Shown piece after piece: positions 26,679 through 40,291 of a stretch of 64,000 nt of DNA. The notes under the pieces were generated by a model. It did not search any database and had not been told where the DNA came from. It saw only the letters and a list, made by a program, of their open reading frames with translations. The translations under genes were made by a program, and so were the position numbers. Within the stretch, counting starts at the first letter, position 1. Every line of letters starts with the position of its first letter. This stretch comes from Ramazzottius varieornatus (lineage: Eukaryota > Animalia > Tardigrada): positions 7,182,448-7,246,447 of the forward strand of contig BDGG01000002.1 of assembly GCA_001949185.1 (NCBI GenBank), in the 5' to 3' direction.

Positions 26679-27432
26679 TGTTTTTCATCAAAGAGGTGTT
26701 TCTTTTGCAGTGGAAAAGAGTCTTCACGAATCGGAGACAGCGTAGATGGTCGCACGTTCAAGCTACCATACAACAGCAAGAACCAAATTACTTATCTGAA
26801 TGATCTTGAGTTGTTCGGAATGTTGAGGTCTTGTTTCATCTAATACTGATTTTGCTTTAATCTTGTTTTCTGTTTTTCTTTACTCGCACGGTCTGGTCAG
26901 CTTTTTTTGCTATATGAATTTGGCGAACTCTTGCATAGTAGACCACACATAGTTCGTTTTCACATTATAACCTTTTAGTTCTCGAACCTCAATTATTAGC
27001 TGGTTGCGCTGAGAAGTTTTAGTTTGTCTTCTTATTTTTTACCCTTTAACAGTCTTTTCTACATTAAAACAACATTTCCTGGCCTTGGAAGTTCGATGGA
27101 ATAGTACCGAAGTCCTGTGGTAGTGCAAAGCCTTCGGCTTCCTCGAATACTTCCGATTTCCACATCGGACAGCTTCAAGACCAATATACATGTGACTTAC
27201 ACAAATGCAGGAATGGCCAACCAACAAGTTCTAACATGGCTAAAATGCAAAAAGGAAGCAACGAGAAAGTTAGCATACTAAAAGTCTCTCGTAAGTCGTA
27301 ACATCAACATTCCGAACAACGGTGCGTTCAAGAAGAAAGTTCGGCTATCATGTATAACGGAATAACGGCGGACTTCTTTGGAATAAGAACAAGTCAGTCT
27401 GAGCTTCAGACTACAAGCAGCAGGTTTACAGT

Positions 27433-27951
27433 TCAAACGGAGACGGACCTGGAGCGAGATCTTTTGCGCGTAGGTGGCGAGGTTGCATCCGAGGAGTCCT
27501 TACGATTCGACGACGATTCTTCGGTCGCGCCGCCCTGTGCTGTCATGTCGATGTCGTCTTCGGTTCGTTTACGGCTGACAGGAACGTTGATTTCTTCTTC
27601 TCCGTCTACTTTTTGCTTCTTTGCAGTGCGACGGGTGGACACGACAGGAGCAATCCTTCGGGGATCGGCGTCCAGATACGATGTGACGTGCATCACTGGA
27701 GTCTGTGACAGCGAATCTTTCGAATGGCTCTTCTTGAAAACTTTAAAGTTGGGAGCTCCGTCTTCGGAATTTGTGAAAGCTTGGCCCAGTACTTCGCTTG
27801 CGGAGAAGGGACCAGCAGATTTGGATCGCAACATCGAGACGATATTCCCCTTGCTGAGCACATTTTTTCCGTTGACGGGCTCCACTTCGAGTTCGGCTGT
27901 CACGTCCATGTCGTAGTTCTCCTTCAGCCGCTTCGCCAGGGGCATAGCCAT
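27433..27951 (-). CDS. Small (about 172 aa) mostly disordered protein with an Nbs1-type NFKxFxK motif and a basic NLS-like C-terminus
   Basis: Single coding exon after a splice acceptor near 27960; PNFKVFKK at 27730-27753; ends PPTRKRSRSRSVSV*. Confidence 0.65.
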   Translation of the reverse strand: MAMPLAKRLKENYDMDVTAELEVEPVNGKNVLSKGNIVSMLRSKSAGPFSASEVLGQAFTNSEDGAPNFKVFKKSHSKDSLSQTPVMHVTSYLDADPRRIAPVVSTRRTAKKQKVDGEEEINVPVSRKRTEDDIDMTAQGGATEESSSNRKDSSDATSPPTRKRSRSRSVSV

Positions 27952-28850
27952 TGTCGATACTTGGAACAGCAACGCGCACGGGTACTAAGTAAAATACTAT
28001 TTGCAACTTGCAGGAGAGAAATCCGAGAGAGGATCACTGATCAACCAGAAAATGACGAAGATATCCAAAATATCGTACCGGCCCTCAGACCGACTGATCG
28101 AGCCGGGCAGGCGGCTCGATTCCGCTGAGACGGCGGGCGAGCGTTGCGAAGTGCATCGCACGGGCGCCGGACAAATCGTTGTTAGCTGGCTGCCAGACCG
28201 GCGGTGGAGTCGAAAATCCCCGTCGCTCTCGGGGCTGAGGATTCCGTCTATTGTGTGCGCATTCCAGCTATGAGTCTGCTGTGACTCATATATATATATA
28301 GGTGCATGAGCCGCATGTTTATCGATTGAGGTTCATTCTTACGTGCGTGCTCACCGCCGTGATTGTTCTTCCGATATGCTGCTGCGTTTTCTCTGTTTTC
28401 CACTTTCCATACTATTTCATTAATTATTATTCACCGCGTCATTTGTTGCCTGCGTCTTTGTGGTTGCAGGCACACCAGAGTTATTGCAGGTACGCAACCG
28501 GATGTCTTGAGGAAGTGGACTGTGGCTCAAGACGGATATGTAGGACATTCTCACAGGCACCACAAATCTTCTGACAGCTTCCGTTAGATCACCTCGTTAC
28601 GCGAGCACTTAATTCACCGTTTGTACGAGAGCTTTGATCCAGATTGTCCTGGGATCACCGTATCGCATATTACAGAAGTAAGTAAGCGCGGCATATTGGC
28701 TAATATTTGCAAAGCAACATCATCGCAGTCAGGAAATTCCTGCCCAGTAAAAATTTCTTGTTTGGAAATAGGAATGATCTTGCTTGGATAGCTTCCCTCG
28801 CTTTCAAAGCGTCTCCTGGTCTCTCTCCCCTGAAAACACTCTCTTCCAAG

Positions 28851-31800
28851 ATGTCGTTTCGCATGCCCCATTCCAAGTTCCGGCACGTGTACGGGGAGCC
28901 AGTGAAAAAGTCCCACTGTTATGAAAACATCCGCATTTCCAAAAATGCCCATGACACTTACTTCTCCTGCGTCAACCCAAAGTTTTTGGCGGTCATAATC
29001 GAAAGCGCCGGTGGAGGAGCATTTCAAGTCATCCCACTGGAAAAGGTGCTCTTGCGTACTCTGTTTCTACTCTGTTTAGTTCGTTCGCATATTAAACCAT
29101 ATGATCGATTTTTCGCAGCGATTTTTAACGTGGCTTATCCTTGCAGATCGGGCGCTTGGATATGGACTGGGGCAAGGTTTCAGGGCACACAGGACCAGTC
29201 TTGGACATCAAGTTTGATGGCTTCAACGATAACGTAATTGCCTCTGGTTCCGAAGACACCACGGCAAGTGTCATCAGTCAATCATAGTTATGGTGATAAA
29301 TAGACAATAAATCACTAGGCTATTCTAGATAATATCCACAGTATGTTTTGTCTGCAGGTCAAGATATGGCACATACCAGACGGTGGAGCTCGAGAAATCC
29401 GTGAGAGTTTGTTGACTTTGGAGGGACACTCGCGGAGAGTGGTAAGGGTTTTATGACGAGACAGTAAAACACGTAATAGGGCGTTTATGAAGAGCTGACT
29501 TATGAGTAATATTATTCTTCGTGCTGACTGGGTTCCTGACTTTCGTAGGTGCAAATCGAATGGCATCCCACCGCGGAAAACATTCTGGTTTCTGCAGGTA
29601 GCGACCAACTGGTAAGTTTACAAACATGGCAGTAATGTGCTGACTGATGTAAATATTCCTTTGACTCGCGAGGAGTATTCATGCTCGATGGAATACATCC
29701 ATGTGACTAAAATTTTTCTTTTTTATTAGGTCATCGTCTGGGATGTTGGTCGGGGAGAAGGCGTTAGGGTGATTGACTGCCATCAGGATGTCGTTTGCTC
29801 CATCGGGTTCAGCTGGTAAGATTGTCCCTCTCTTGATCGAGCACCTGCATGCTCAAACCCTTGCAGTACGTGTGATGGCGGTGTATGCAGATGCTCGCAC
29901 AGTGATGAATTCGCATCGTGTGAGGCTAAAGCTGGTTTCCCTTTCCACAGGACGGGTGATATGATGGCAACGACGTGTCGCGACATGCAGGTAAGCTCTG
30001 TCGATAGCACAAAACAACAAAAGGATTAGTAACAATTAGAACGCTATCGATGACAGCGAGCGCAAACGTGGTGCTGCTCAAGGTCGTCCTTCTACTCGTT
30101 TTTGTTGTAGATTCGCCTGATTGAACCTCGAATGGCTACTGTTGCACAGGTTAGTTTACATTATGGCCACTCGAGCTCGTGTCAGTTGGCGCGCCGTTTA
30201 TTGACACATTTGTTATGCATCCAAAAATATATAGCTGAATTATTGATGGCAAATTACACAGGTGACGCCGGGGCATAGCGGCACGCGCTCTTCCAAACTG
30301 GCGTTCTGCACCAATAAGCGGAAGATCTTCACGACTGGGTTCTCCAAGTTCAGCGAACGCCAGTATGCTTTGTGGGACGTCAAGAGTAAGCTTTTCTTCT
30401 CCTTACCGATTACAGAGCACAAAATGCACGAAGGAAATTTGGTCAGGAGCTGGCTGAGTTTCTATTAGCAGTAAAAATCTACGAAAAGTGGCACACTTGC
30501 ATGATCGATGGCAAATTAATCGAATGATGCAGGATCTTGATGCGCTTTTTTTCGAGAACTTGCTTACCGAGACCTCTGACAGTTTAATGGTTAACGTGTA
30601 TGTACGTGTTTGACAGATCTGCTGATCTTGTTTGTGACTGCTCGAAAGTTCGCAGAAGATTACAGAGGATTTGATGTGCACTAACAGAACTTTTGTTTGA
30701 CAGACATGTCTCAGCCCTTGAAGATGGAAGTCCTTGATGCTTCTAGCGGTGTGGTTTTTCCCTTCTACGATCCAGACTTGAGCGTGCTGTATCTGGCGGG
30801 TCGCGGTGACGGTAACATCCGCTATTACGAAATGGTGGACACCTTCCAGCATATTTCTTACCTTAACCAGTTCCAATCCGCTTCCCCACAACGAAGTCTT
30901 TGTGCCATGCCAAAGCGCGGCTTGAACGTCAAAGGGTGTGAGATTGCGCGGTTCTACAAACTCTACGCCACAAAGAACTTCGTTGAGCCGATCTCGATGA
31001 TTGTTCCTCGACGGGTATGTGTTTCCGTTCAGAAATTTTATTCGTTGTCAATCTTTTAATCTCACTTTGCTGAACTACTTCTGTTCATTTTAATACTGCG
31101 CAAGTCAGCAGTCGCTCTAAAGCCTGCTGGAATCGGGTTACGTGTTTTTGCATGCACCTGCATACCGCCACATCATGTATAGTGTGCAGTGTAATGTATG
31201 CAGGCTGGTGAACTGGCTTGCGAGCCCTTGCTCATCAGTCTACGCTTTTGTTCTACAGGGAGGTCCGCTGAAGAATCCATTCCAAGAAGACATCTACCCT
31301 GACACGGTAGCTCCAACACCGGCAATGGCGACGGAAGACTGGCTGAATGGCGCGAATGCTGCACCTGTCATGATCTCCTTGAAGGTATTATAAACTTCAT
31401 TAATCAGCCAAAATTTATCATTGTCCAGTGACAGAATGCGACTGCTTATGCACCTTTCTCACCCTTGTTATGATCCATAACAGACAAACTCTTCGCTGAA
31501 GACGAACAAACCGGTTCATTACAAAGCCAGCGAAAATCAGCTGATTACGTCGGATCGCAACAATGAGCTGAAATTTCGGTTTATCGCAAGCGACAACTCC
31601 ATCGACTACCGGCCCCTTGCAGAGAGGAAGTACAACAAGGCTGAGCATAATGGAGGAGGCGACACTGACGAGGGAAACAGGTAATCGTAAACCAGAGAAG
31701 AAATTCGATAAAACGGGAAAACCTTGCACAAAAACTTTCAGGAAACTAATAAAGCACTCACCGAATTCTGTACGGGGACTTTGGTCTTCAAACACCAACG

Positions 31801-32862
31801 TTCCTGCCGAACTCAGTGCCATGCTTTCATCAGAATATGGACCGTTAACGTTGGTAGTTTTAGGTCTTTCAACGATTCAAGGCGAAGTCTTCTGGTCGAG
31901 TCCTCCAGTTTCACTTTGGATTCGTCTCCTGAAAGGACGAACCGTAGTCCAAAGTATAGCCGGTTGCCTTAGGTCTTCTAATCTATCTCATTCATTCCTT
32001 ACTTACGAGTTTCGTTTTAGGCTTTCTAGTGGGAAGGTTAACCCGAGACAACGCTATAGCTTGCAAGAAGGTTCTCCGGCTACCGAGCGAGCAGACTTTC
32101 TGAATCACGACATGTAAGTTGTGGGTCAGAATATGTTACGCACTTGATCGGCACAATGAGACGGAGGTCTAAGCCAGTCTTTTCTCGATACTGTTGGTAG
32201 TGAGGTCGACAACTCACCCACCATGCGATCGAACTTGACGTCTTCCCGTTCATTCCGGAAGCTCCAACGCATCTGGACTCGGCGTCAGCATTCCGTGGAC
32301 CCAGCCATTCCGGACTTACCTGCTGGCCACACTGACAGTGACCACGCGGGCTTCCCGACTCTCCAAGAAGACATTGAATCCATGGACACTGAGTCCACCC
32401 AGCCTTCTTCGGTGGTCCTCGAAGAAAGCATGGACGCGGATGATCGTAGTCGAGACAGCGACATGGCGAAAGAGAGCCGCAGTGACGAGGAAAACTACGA
32501 CCCAAACTCAGGTCCTTCGGTAAGAATATGGACGGTCTTTTACTCGTTCAGTAGCTCCATCTGAAACTTATGGTCTGGCTTTGCTTCAGGTTTCCTACAT
32601 GCGCCACCGCTTCTTTGAACAGCAAGAAAAGATTTCCCAGCTGGAGCGCACGGTTCGCCAGAAGGAGGAAGAGAACGTCCGGCTGCTGGCGGAGCTGAAC
32701 GCGCTGAAGGAAGAGGTCAGAGCTCGTAAAGTGGCGGAGGACTACGTCAAGGAACAACATGAAAGCGAGCTGCTGAACAAGACAGTCTTCTTCGACTGCG
32801 AGCCGGGAGAGTCTACGACCGATCTGGTGCTTCCACAGGACACTGAAAGTATTGTAATCTAG
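28851..32862 (+). CDS. Coronin (type II / CORO2-like)
   Basis: [76 protein letters not shown]-terminal coiled coil. Confidence 0.92.
29838..29897. repeat. Family B fixed-spacer palindrome (coronin intron)
   Basis: GCACCTGCATGC-N30-GTATGCAGATGC. Confidence 0.7.
31154..31207. repeat. Family B fixed-spacer palindrome (coronin intron)
   Basis: GCACCTGCATAC-N30-GTATGCAGGC. Confidence 0.7.
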
Positions 32863-34169
32863 TCTGATCTTTACATTGCATGAAGAGGTACTATACAAAT
32901 GTTTTGGAGAATGCTGTTTTAAGCCTGCTTGATTACTTCGAAGACCAGAGCTTTCATGCGCTCCCAATCATAGTTCCTATAATTCCTACCGGTTGTTGAG
33001 ATTCCATATTTTGCGCTGGTTTTTCTGCGCGTACTTTTCCATTGGATGTTTTTCTTTTCCATTTGTCCTTGACATATATGTCGCTTTGTTGCATGCAAAA
33101 TCTGAAATCGTTATTAAATGAATTGAAAAAAATATATTCGGACCATGATTTCGGCTTTTCTGGTTGGAAGTTTTATCGCTCCAGGAGGTAAGGTAAACAT
33201 GGACAATAATCTAAACACCGGAAGCCCCTGCGTCTCTGAGAGACTAGGAATTATGCTATAAAGGCGTTGACCTCCCTGTCTAACTGTTAATTCCGTATCG
33301 AGCTATTTCTAGCGATAAAGTAACTGTTCACAGTTGGTGCCAGATGGGGGAAGATCTGGTTTCGATCACGAAGAGAAATTGGGTGGAATGTGACGCTCGG
33401 ATTGCAATATGAACGACGCCCGGCCATGGTGCTAATCAGGGAACTTTCTGAATCGAGACAAATGCTTCTCAGCCTGTCAGTTTGCTTATCCAACAAGTCA
33501 TCGATCAATCCTTCGATTACCATCGTTGTACGTATTAATATACATTTTTGTCGGAATTCTGGACCTTTATTAAAAATACACGTGGAGATTCCCGGTCCTG
33601 GTTGCAGTCGCCCGCTTGTGACTCAGCTTTATAACTGATGTCAAGAAACAATTTTTTGTATTGAAATTTTTTATTTGTGTTGAACCTCACACGTCTTGTT
33701 TCTCAGGTCTGAGTCCGATAAAAATAATTGATAGAAGAACGTGGCGCCAGACCCAAGATTGACAGGCGCCCCTGGGTGAAGGCGCGCAGCTTGGACTCAG
33801 TCGTATATGGCCTGAAAGCCGTGCCACTTGGCAAGCAGTAGGTGGACTTATCGTACAAATTTGCACTGGCTTGATTGTGGAAAATGAGTCATATGGCCGT
33901 ACAAACTTTGCTTCTTGATTCTTGAAAAGTGTTCCATGCTACCATGTGATTACACAGTTTTCATATCGCTATTGTTGCGCTTTTCGTAAACTTCATTACA
34001 TTAGTCTCATAATTCCTTGAAGAAGGCTAGGCTTTCTTCAAACGAGGTATGTTTCTTTGTACAGGTGGAAAGTCGTGAATGACTCGCAAGGGAAACGATT
34101 GGGGGATGCTGGCTGGATCGAGGATTGTGTGCTGAGGATTTTACGGCCAAGGTCTTTGTGGATGCTTGA

Positions 34170-37100
34170 ATGATCATTAGATATGGTAACAAGACTATCG
34201 TTATGTGCTGGATCGTCCTACTCTCCATCTTCCTGTGGACGACGGATGCAGCAGCTGCACAGAAAGGTAGGTCGTAGTATGACATTCTAACGAGGTGCGG
34301 TGGACATGTTTACTCTGGCCCACCTTAGTAGACTTTTCTGTCGACGTAGCGTGTGATCGGATACCACAACATGAGAACTGCGTGTAAGAAGTTGGAGATG
34401 TTTCGATGAACTTTGATTGCTGACAAACATTTGCTTACAAGCATCCTGTGGATGTTTACCGTGTGCGATTTTTTTCACCTCTGCGGTGTAAGATCGCATG
34501 TTCAGTTTGTATGTCTTTCCAGGTGAACTCGCGCAGGAATTCCACAAGTTCGATATAGCTTCTCCCGTCGTTTCTGTGATACGGAACAGCGAAGATGATC
34601 TCCTTCACTATGGACCAATCAAGCCTGAAAGAAGGAGATTGCAGTTTACAGCATTCGAGAGATTGTTTGATCTGGATCTGGACTTGAACGGGGACCTTGT
34701 CCCTAATAGATTCAAGGTCTCCGTCGTCGAAGGGGACAAAATCACCACGTCGTGGCCGAAGACGGAGAACTGCCGGTACCGTGGAAAGCTAAGAGGTTCT
34801 GCCGGGTCTGTTGCAGCTATCAGCATATGCAAAGATGGAATCAGGTAATTGTATTCATGGATTTTCGCCGTCTGAAGTTCAACCGGAAGTACGCTAAATT
34901 CCTGCTAGATTTTTGGACTGTATGATTTTTGCAGAGGCTATATTCAGGATGGTGCTAAAGAAGTCTACTATGTGGAGCCGGTCGAAAGTGGATTAAAACA
35001 AATCGTTATCGTGCGTGACTCTGATAAGATTTCCGAGTCGAAGAACTGCGGTAAATGTGTGCTAATAATTATCAGGAATATGGGTCAACCCAATTTGTCC
35101 AGACTTGCCTCTGGCCAAAATTCCAGTTGGCCTAATGAAGATTCTCCTGAACTACGTATGTTTTCTAATTTCTATCTAACCTGTTAACGTTGGTTGTTTT
35201 TTTCTTGTCAGGAGTCGACCTGGATTCTTCCTCCAAGCACGGCGCGGCGAACCATTCCCTAGTAAGAATTGATATTCGATCTCTTGATTCTGCCGATACT
35301 TGATCACGTTTTGATGCATGTTCGATCTTCGTTACCCTCGCGAACGAGCCACTCAGACAGCGAAATGCTCCATTAGAATCTGTGTGACCATGTTCTCTGG
35401 TAAAGCCTAGAATGTCATACTCGTCATCGGGTTAATGACAGCGTTGCTCAGAGCTCAGAGTATTCGTCAGTCGTTGGTGTAACCGTCTGGATGCAGCTGA
35501 CTGATTCAGCCCATGATATCCAGGGATGCAGCGATCACTGACGGAAGAATTTTAATTTGAGCCGGTGTAGTTCAACAGTAGCTGCGTAACGGTAGTACTT
35601 TGTGCGACACAGTGAGGAATTCTGTAATTAGATATGGCGCTATCTGGGTTTCAGGTTTCATCCCTGTCCGCAATGAGGACCAAGCGAAGTATCAAACCGC
35701 CGTCGACCAGCAATGCAGACTCGTTGTTCGTGGAGTTGGTCTTGGTGGCGGATACCAAGGTTTACGAAAGATACGTAAAGAATGAAACGAGGGTGACGAA
35801 TAGGTTCATCGAAATCGTCAGCGTCGTCAACGCTGTAAGTTTTCGTGACTATCGGAAAACAATTGTATGTTACGAAAGATCCCTGTAATAGTTCAGAAAG
35901 TATTTGAATTGTTTAGTCAAACGACTTTTTTGTGGCTTTTAAATCTGGGACATTGACAAAGGATTTCCCTTACATCGTTATCCCAACTGGCGCATATTTC
36001 CATTGTTACTGGCGAGAGTGCGCCACTTGGAGAACCGATCTTGGTTAACTCTTTTGCTGAAGTCCCATTTTAGTCGACGTTGACTAATTACTGTTTTTGT
36101 TTATCGCAGTTGTACGCACCATTGAACATTTTTGTGGCGTTGACGGGCGTGGAAATCTGGACCACTGTAGATAAGATTTCGATAACGAATGACTCTGAAG
36201 TGACGCTGAAGAACTTCCTGCGCTATCGCAAGAAGGAGCTGGCCCTTCGTTTGTCCAATGATAACGCCTATCTTATCACGTAAGTATACCCGCGCGCCTC
36301 TTCGTGACTTCCTTGTCGCATACCACACGATCAACTTTGCATAGAGTATCAGACGACACTAATTTCCTTATCGATTCTGCCCACAATTAGATCAAATGAA
36401 TTAACGAGGATGGTTTCCATGTTTGCAGTCTCGCCACATTCGATGGCATGGTCGTCGGGAAAGCCTTGAAGGGACAAATGTGCACGTACGAATACAGCGG
36501 CGGTGTGGCAAAGGTAGATTGCTGGTCCATAAATCGTTGTAAATCTGCCCAAATGCGAGCCGGTGTTGTTGGTAAATGACATTCAGTAGTTCGGCAGACG
36601 AAGTCTGTAAGGTTGTTTCAATTGGCGCACGTCTCTATCATTACTGGCTGACGGCGTGCACCGTGCGCCACTTGAGATAACGATCTTGTACTTTTCGCTT
36701 GTCGTTTCTCGTTTCAACATTAGTCCTCCTCACGACGAGCTGTTTATGTCGCAAACGGTTGATTTGAAATTTGAGTTTGCTTGATCAACGGAAATTAGTC
36801 GTGAGTGAGGCAAAATTGCGTTTTTCGAAAGTCTCGGAAACGGGAGCGGAAATGCGCGAGTTTTGCGGGGTAGGTTTGTAGGCAAACTTTGCCTCCTGAC
36901 TAGGCTGAAATTCGTGGTTTTCTCTCTGGCTAGTCTCTGTCGATATCCCCGACACTGATTGGAATCAAGAATGTTTTGTTATCCTCTGACGATCGAGGAA
37001 GCCGTCGACTAGATTGTCGAGGCTCAATAAATCTATTCAAGTCCATACGTGAAACGGTATCTCGCAACGTGAAGCACTGTGCAGACAGAGATCAGCTGAG

Positions 37101-40100
37101 AAATGAAAATTTGAGTCAATTGTGCAGAGAATAATCCGTTTTCGTTTTCAAGATAAGCTACTCGAGGGCTGCTTATCTTGAAAGCGAAACTTCGTAATCC
37201 ACTTTCAAGATCAACACAATCAACGGAGTTTTATGGGCTTTCGTGAGGAGGATTATTAATTTAATTGACCGAGATGTTCGGTGCTGAAGAAGAACACAGG
37301 ATATGTGGGCGCCGTTTTTTAGGGCCCATTGGATGCATGGAGAAGTAATACGTCCGACATGCCCAGTTTTCTTCTTCTTAGGATCACAGCAGGATGGCAG
37401 GTCCTGTGGCTGCCACAGTGGCGCACGAGATGGGTCACAACTTCGGAATGGAGCACGATTTCACCGACTGCCAATGTCTAGACGATCGATGCATCATGAC
37501 GCCTGCTTCTGTGTAAACCTCGATTAATCATCCTTCCTTTATCGTCTGTTTAATATCAGTATGAAAACCTAACGACTATCCTTTCTTTACAGGGGACAAA
37601 CTCCCTCGAACTGGTCTTCGTGTTCGCGGAAGTACCTCGAAGATAACCTTGCACGTGGTATCGGTTCCTGCCTGAAACGTGCGCCGCAGAAAGTAGAAGG
37701 AGCTTACTGTGGTAATGGGTTCCTTGAAGACGGAGAAGAGTGCGACTGTGGGCCGGATGAGTTTTGTCACAACAAGTGCTGCATAGCTGCTGCCTGCAAG
37801 CTTTCTGTTAATGGTAACATGTTCTTTGAAAGCAGTTGTAATGAAGGCGTAATGTACTGATTGGGCCTTGTTGTTCTGTTTATAGCCACATGTGGACACG
37901 GAAGCTGTTGCGATCTCGATACTTGCTCACCAAAGAAAGAATCGACGGTTTGTCGCGAACGCACTTCCGACGAGTGCGACTTGCCGGAGTACTGTGATGG
38001 GAAAGTCGGGACTTGCCCGCATGACTTCTGGAAGGATGACGGGACAACGTGCCGCGATGGCCAAGTAAGAAAAATATGTGAGCTCGGTGAAACAGACTCC
38101 ACCAGATCGTTCTCCCAAGTGGGGCACGTTTTCACTGATATAGGCTACGAGCGTGGGCCATTTAGTCAAACGATCTTTTTGTGTTTGTTTGTCGAGCTCA
38201 GAGCCGAGTTCCGGTTTGTTCTTGTGTTGAGACTCTAACTTGGGTTTACATTGTAGGCATACTGCGCGAATGGGGCTTGTAGAACCCACAAAGATCAGTG
38301 CGCCTACTTGTGGGGGAGTACGGGTAACGTGGCGGACGACAAGTGTTTCGAGCTGAACGTGAAGGGGAATGCTAACGGGAACTGCGGGCGAGATCGCGTA
38401 AACGAGAATTATACCATGTGTGCGGTGCGCGACACCAAATGTGGGCTGCTTCACTGCACCAGCCAAGTCGAGCGGCTGGCGATAGGCGCGGAAAGCGCAA
38501 CTTCCGTCAGCCAGTCATTCATCCCGGCAAGAACCACCTACATCAGCTGCAGGTATTTCCATTCTCAGTCTCGAATAACCGATAAAACCGATATTGTACA
38601 TGGGAGACAAATATAGGCCAACCTGTCCAGCAGGATATTCGAAAGTTACTTGACAGGGTGGTCGAAAATTTGAATTTAATTTTTTTTCACGGACTTGCAT
38701 ACACTATGCCAGACTTTTATCACGAGTTCCCGGTATGCAGGTTGATTCATGGCTTGTCTAGTCAGTTTTCACGTACCTGCATACATTTGGTTCGGTATTT
38801 GTCGGCGCGGAGAAGTATGCAGGTGGGTGAAGAGTGTGTTGATCTGCTGGCCGCCCAAATCCGATAGCTTTTCTTGTAATGACAATTTCCATTTACAGTA
38901 CTTGGCATTTCTTCAATGTTTCTATGTTGATATGTGCGTGGGCTTGGTTTTAGGGCGGCATATGTCGACTTTGGGCTGGAAGTGATGGATCCTGGCATGG
39001 TGCCCAATGGAGCGAAATGTGGCGAGGACATGATGTGCTACAACCAAGTGTGCACGCACATCTCCAACGTACCACGCAAGTGCTCTGCTAGCAGTTGTAG
39101 CGGTCATGGCGTTTGTAACAACCTGGGACATTGTCACTGCGATGCTGGGTACGCGCCACCCGACTGCTCGTACAGCGGCTACGGTGGCAGCATCGACAGC
39201 GGACCGGCCAACAGCTCCGACTCGTATCGACGTCTTCGAGACGCCATGCTGGTTCTTTTCCTTCTAGTCTTACCGGTCGTTGTAGCGGTGCTACTCGTAT
39301 ACTTCATGAGACATCGAATCAAGAAATGGCTGGAGATGAAGAAGAAGCATGGCAGAAGCTCTAGCAGGAGTAAACCGGTAACGACGAAGCCAGTCGAGAA
39401 AAAGAAGGTACAGAAGATCTCAGGTGGTTTTCCGAAGAATGGTGGACCGCAGAGGCAAAAGAGCGTTCGAGGGCAGCCAATTTCGCAGCCCATCGCTTTG
39501 GCTACTTCAAACGGGACCAGCGGCACAGTGGTGGCCATGAACATGGGGAATAGTAGGTTGACTAACACGTACCTAAATGAAACCTGGCCGATAGAGAGAC
39601 CTACTGGCCCGATTTACGTCAACGAGTTGGCAGCTACTCCACCACCGTTACCTGCTAAACCTCCGAAAGCTGTCCGCGACTCTCCTCAGGTAACGAAAAT
39701 GTCCACATCTCGTAGTTGGAATTCGGAAGCTCAGCAAACGACTTTGACAAGATTGTCCTCTCAAGCGGCGCATGTTTCCTGTGGCCGAGAGCGTGCGTCA
39801 CTTGGAGAAACGCTCTTGTCGAATTTGCTTGCAGGAACCCCAGTTTTGGACTGTAAAGAGCTCATTATTTGAGGGGAGACAGGACTCATTTCTCTCAATT
39901 TGGCTTGTTATTTTAGGTCTTGCATCAGCTTGCCAACAGTCATTCCCAACCTGTGGTGCCTTCAGAGATCTTCGAAGCTGAGGACACCTTGAAGCCTATT
40001 AGACCGGCTCCCGCGCCACCGCCGAGACCTGCCATCAGTCAGCCTGTTAGTCGGAATTCCTCCAGTGCTAGTTCGAGGCGAAGAGCCAGACCTTCGAATC

Positions 40101-40291
40101 GGCCCCCTGATCCTCCGACAAAAGCCCGTGCGGAGCAAGCCACACCGTTACAATCGGAGGATGACAGTTCGTCAGATTCGTCTCTGATGGGCAGAACACG
40201 TGAAAACCCAGGAGAAAACATACCAAAAAATTCGCTCGTCAGCGAACTTACCAGGAAATTTGAAAGCCAAAGAAATGGTCGGATGCAGTAG
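34170..40291 (+). CDS. ADAM metalloprotease-disintegrin, ADAM12/meltrin-like
   Basis: Signal peptide, prodomain with RTKR furin site, FVELVLVAD, zinc motif [16 protein letters not shown] turn, disintegrin ECDLPEYC, Cys-rich and EGF regions, TM, Pro-rich tail. Confidence 0.93.
35974..36045. repeat. Family A palindromic repeat in ADAM intron
   Basis: CAACTGGCGCAT-N22-GTGCGCCACTTGGAGAACCGATCT. Confidence 0.7.
36592..36700. repeat. Family A palindromic repeat in ADAM intron
   Basis: CAATTGGCGCAC...GTGCGCCACTTGAGATAACGATCT with a small internal duplication. Confidence 0.7.
36721..37255. mobile_element. Non-autonomous TIR element (MITE) with TA ends, in ADAM intron
   Basis: TAGTCCTCCTCACGA...TCGTGAGGAGGATTA; second copy at 10277-10743. 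Confidence 0.88.
38081..38198. repeat. Family A palindromic repeat, full length, ADAM intron
   Basis: AGCTCGG...AGATCG..CAAGTGGGGCAC-N25-GTGGGCCATTTA..CGATCT...TCGAGCT. Confidence 0.8.
38693..38824. repeat. Two Family B fixed-spacer palindromes in ADAM intron
   Basis: ACTTGCATAC-N30-GTATGCAGGT (38693-38742) and ACCTGCATAC-N30-GTATGCAGGT (38775-38824). Confidence 0.75.
39728..39834. repeat. Family A palindromic repeat in ADAM intron
   Basis: GACAAGATTG..CAAGCGGCGCAT-N19-GTGCGTCACTTG..CTCTTGTC. Confidence 0.7.

Noticed and set aside
38934-39872. ADAM ORF reading through 39690-39872 as an alternative C-terminus
   Set aside because: A good donor at 39690 and a Family A repeat inside indicate an intron; the Pro-rich tail resumes near 39918
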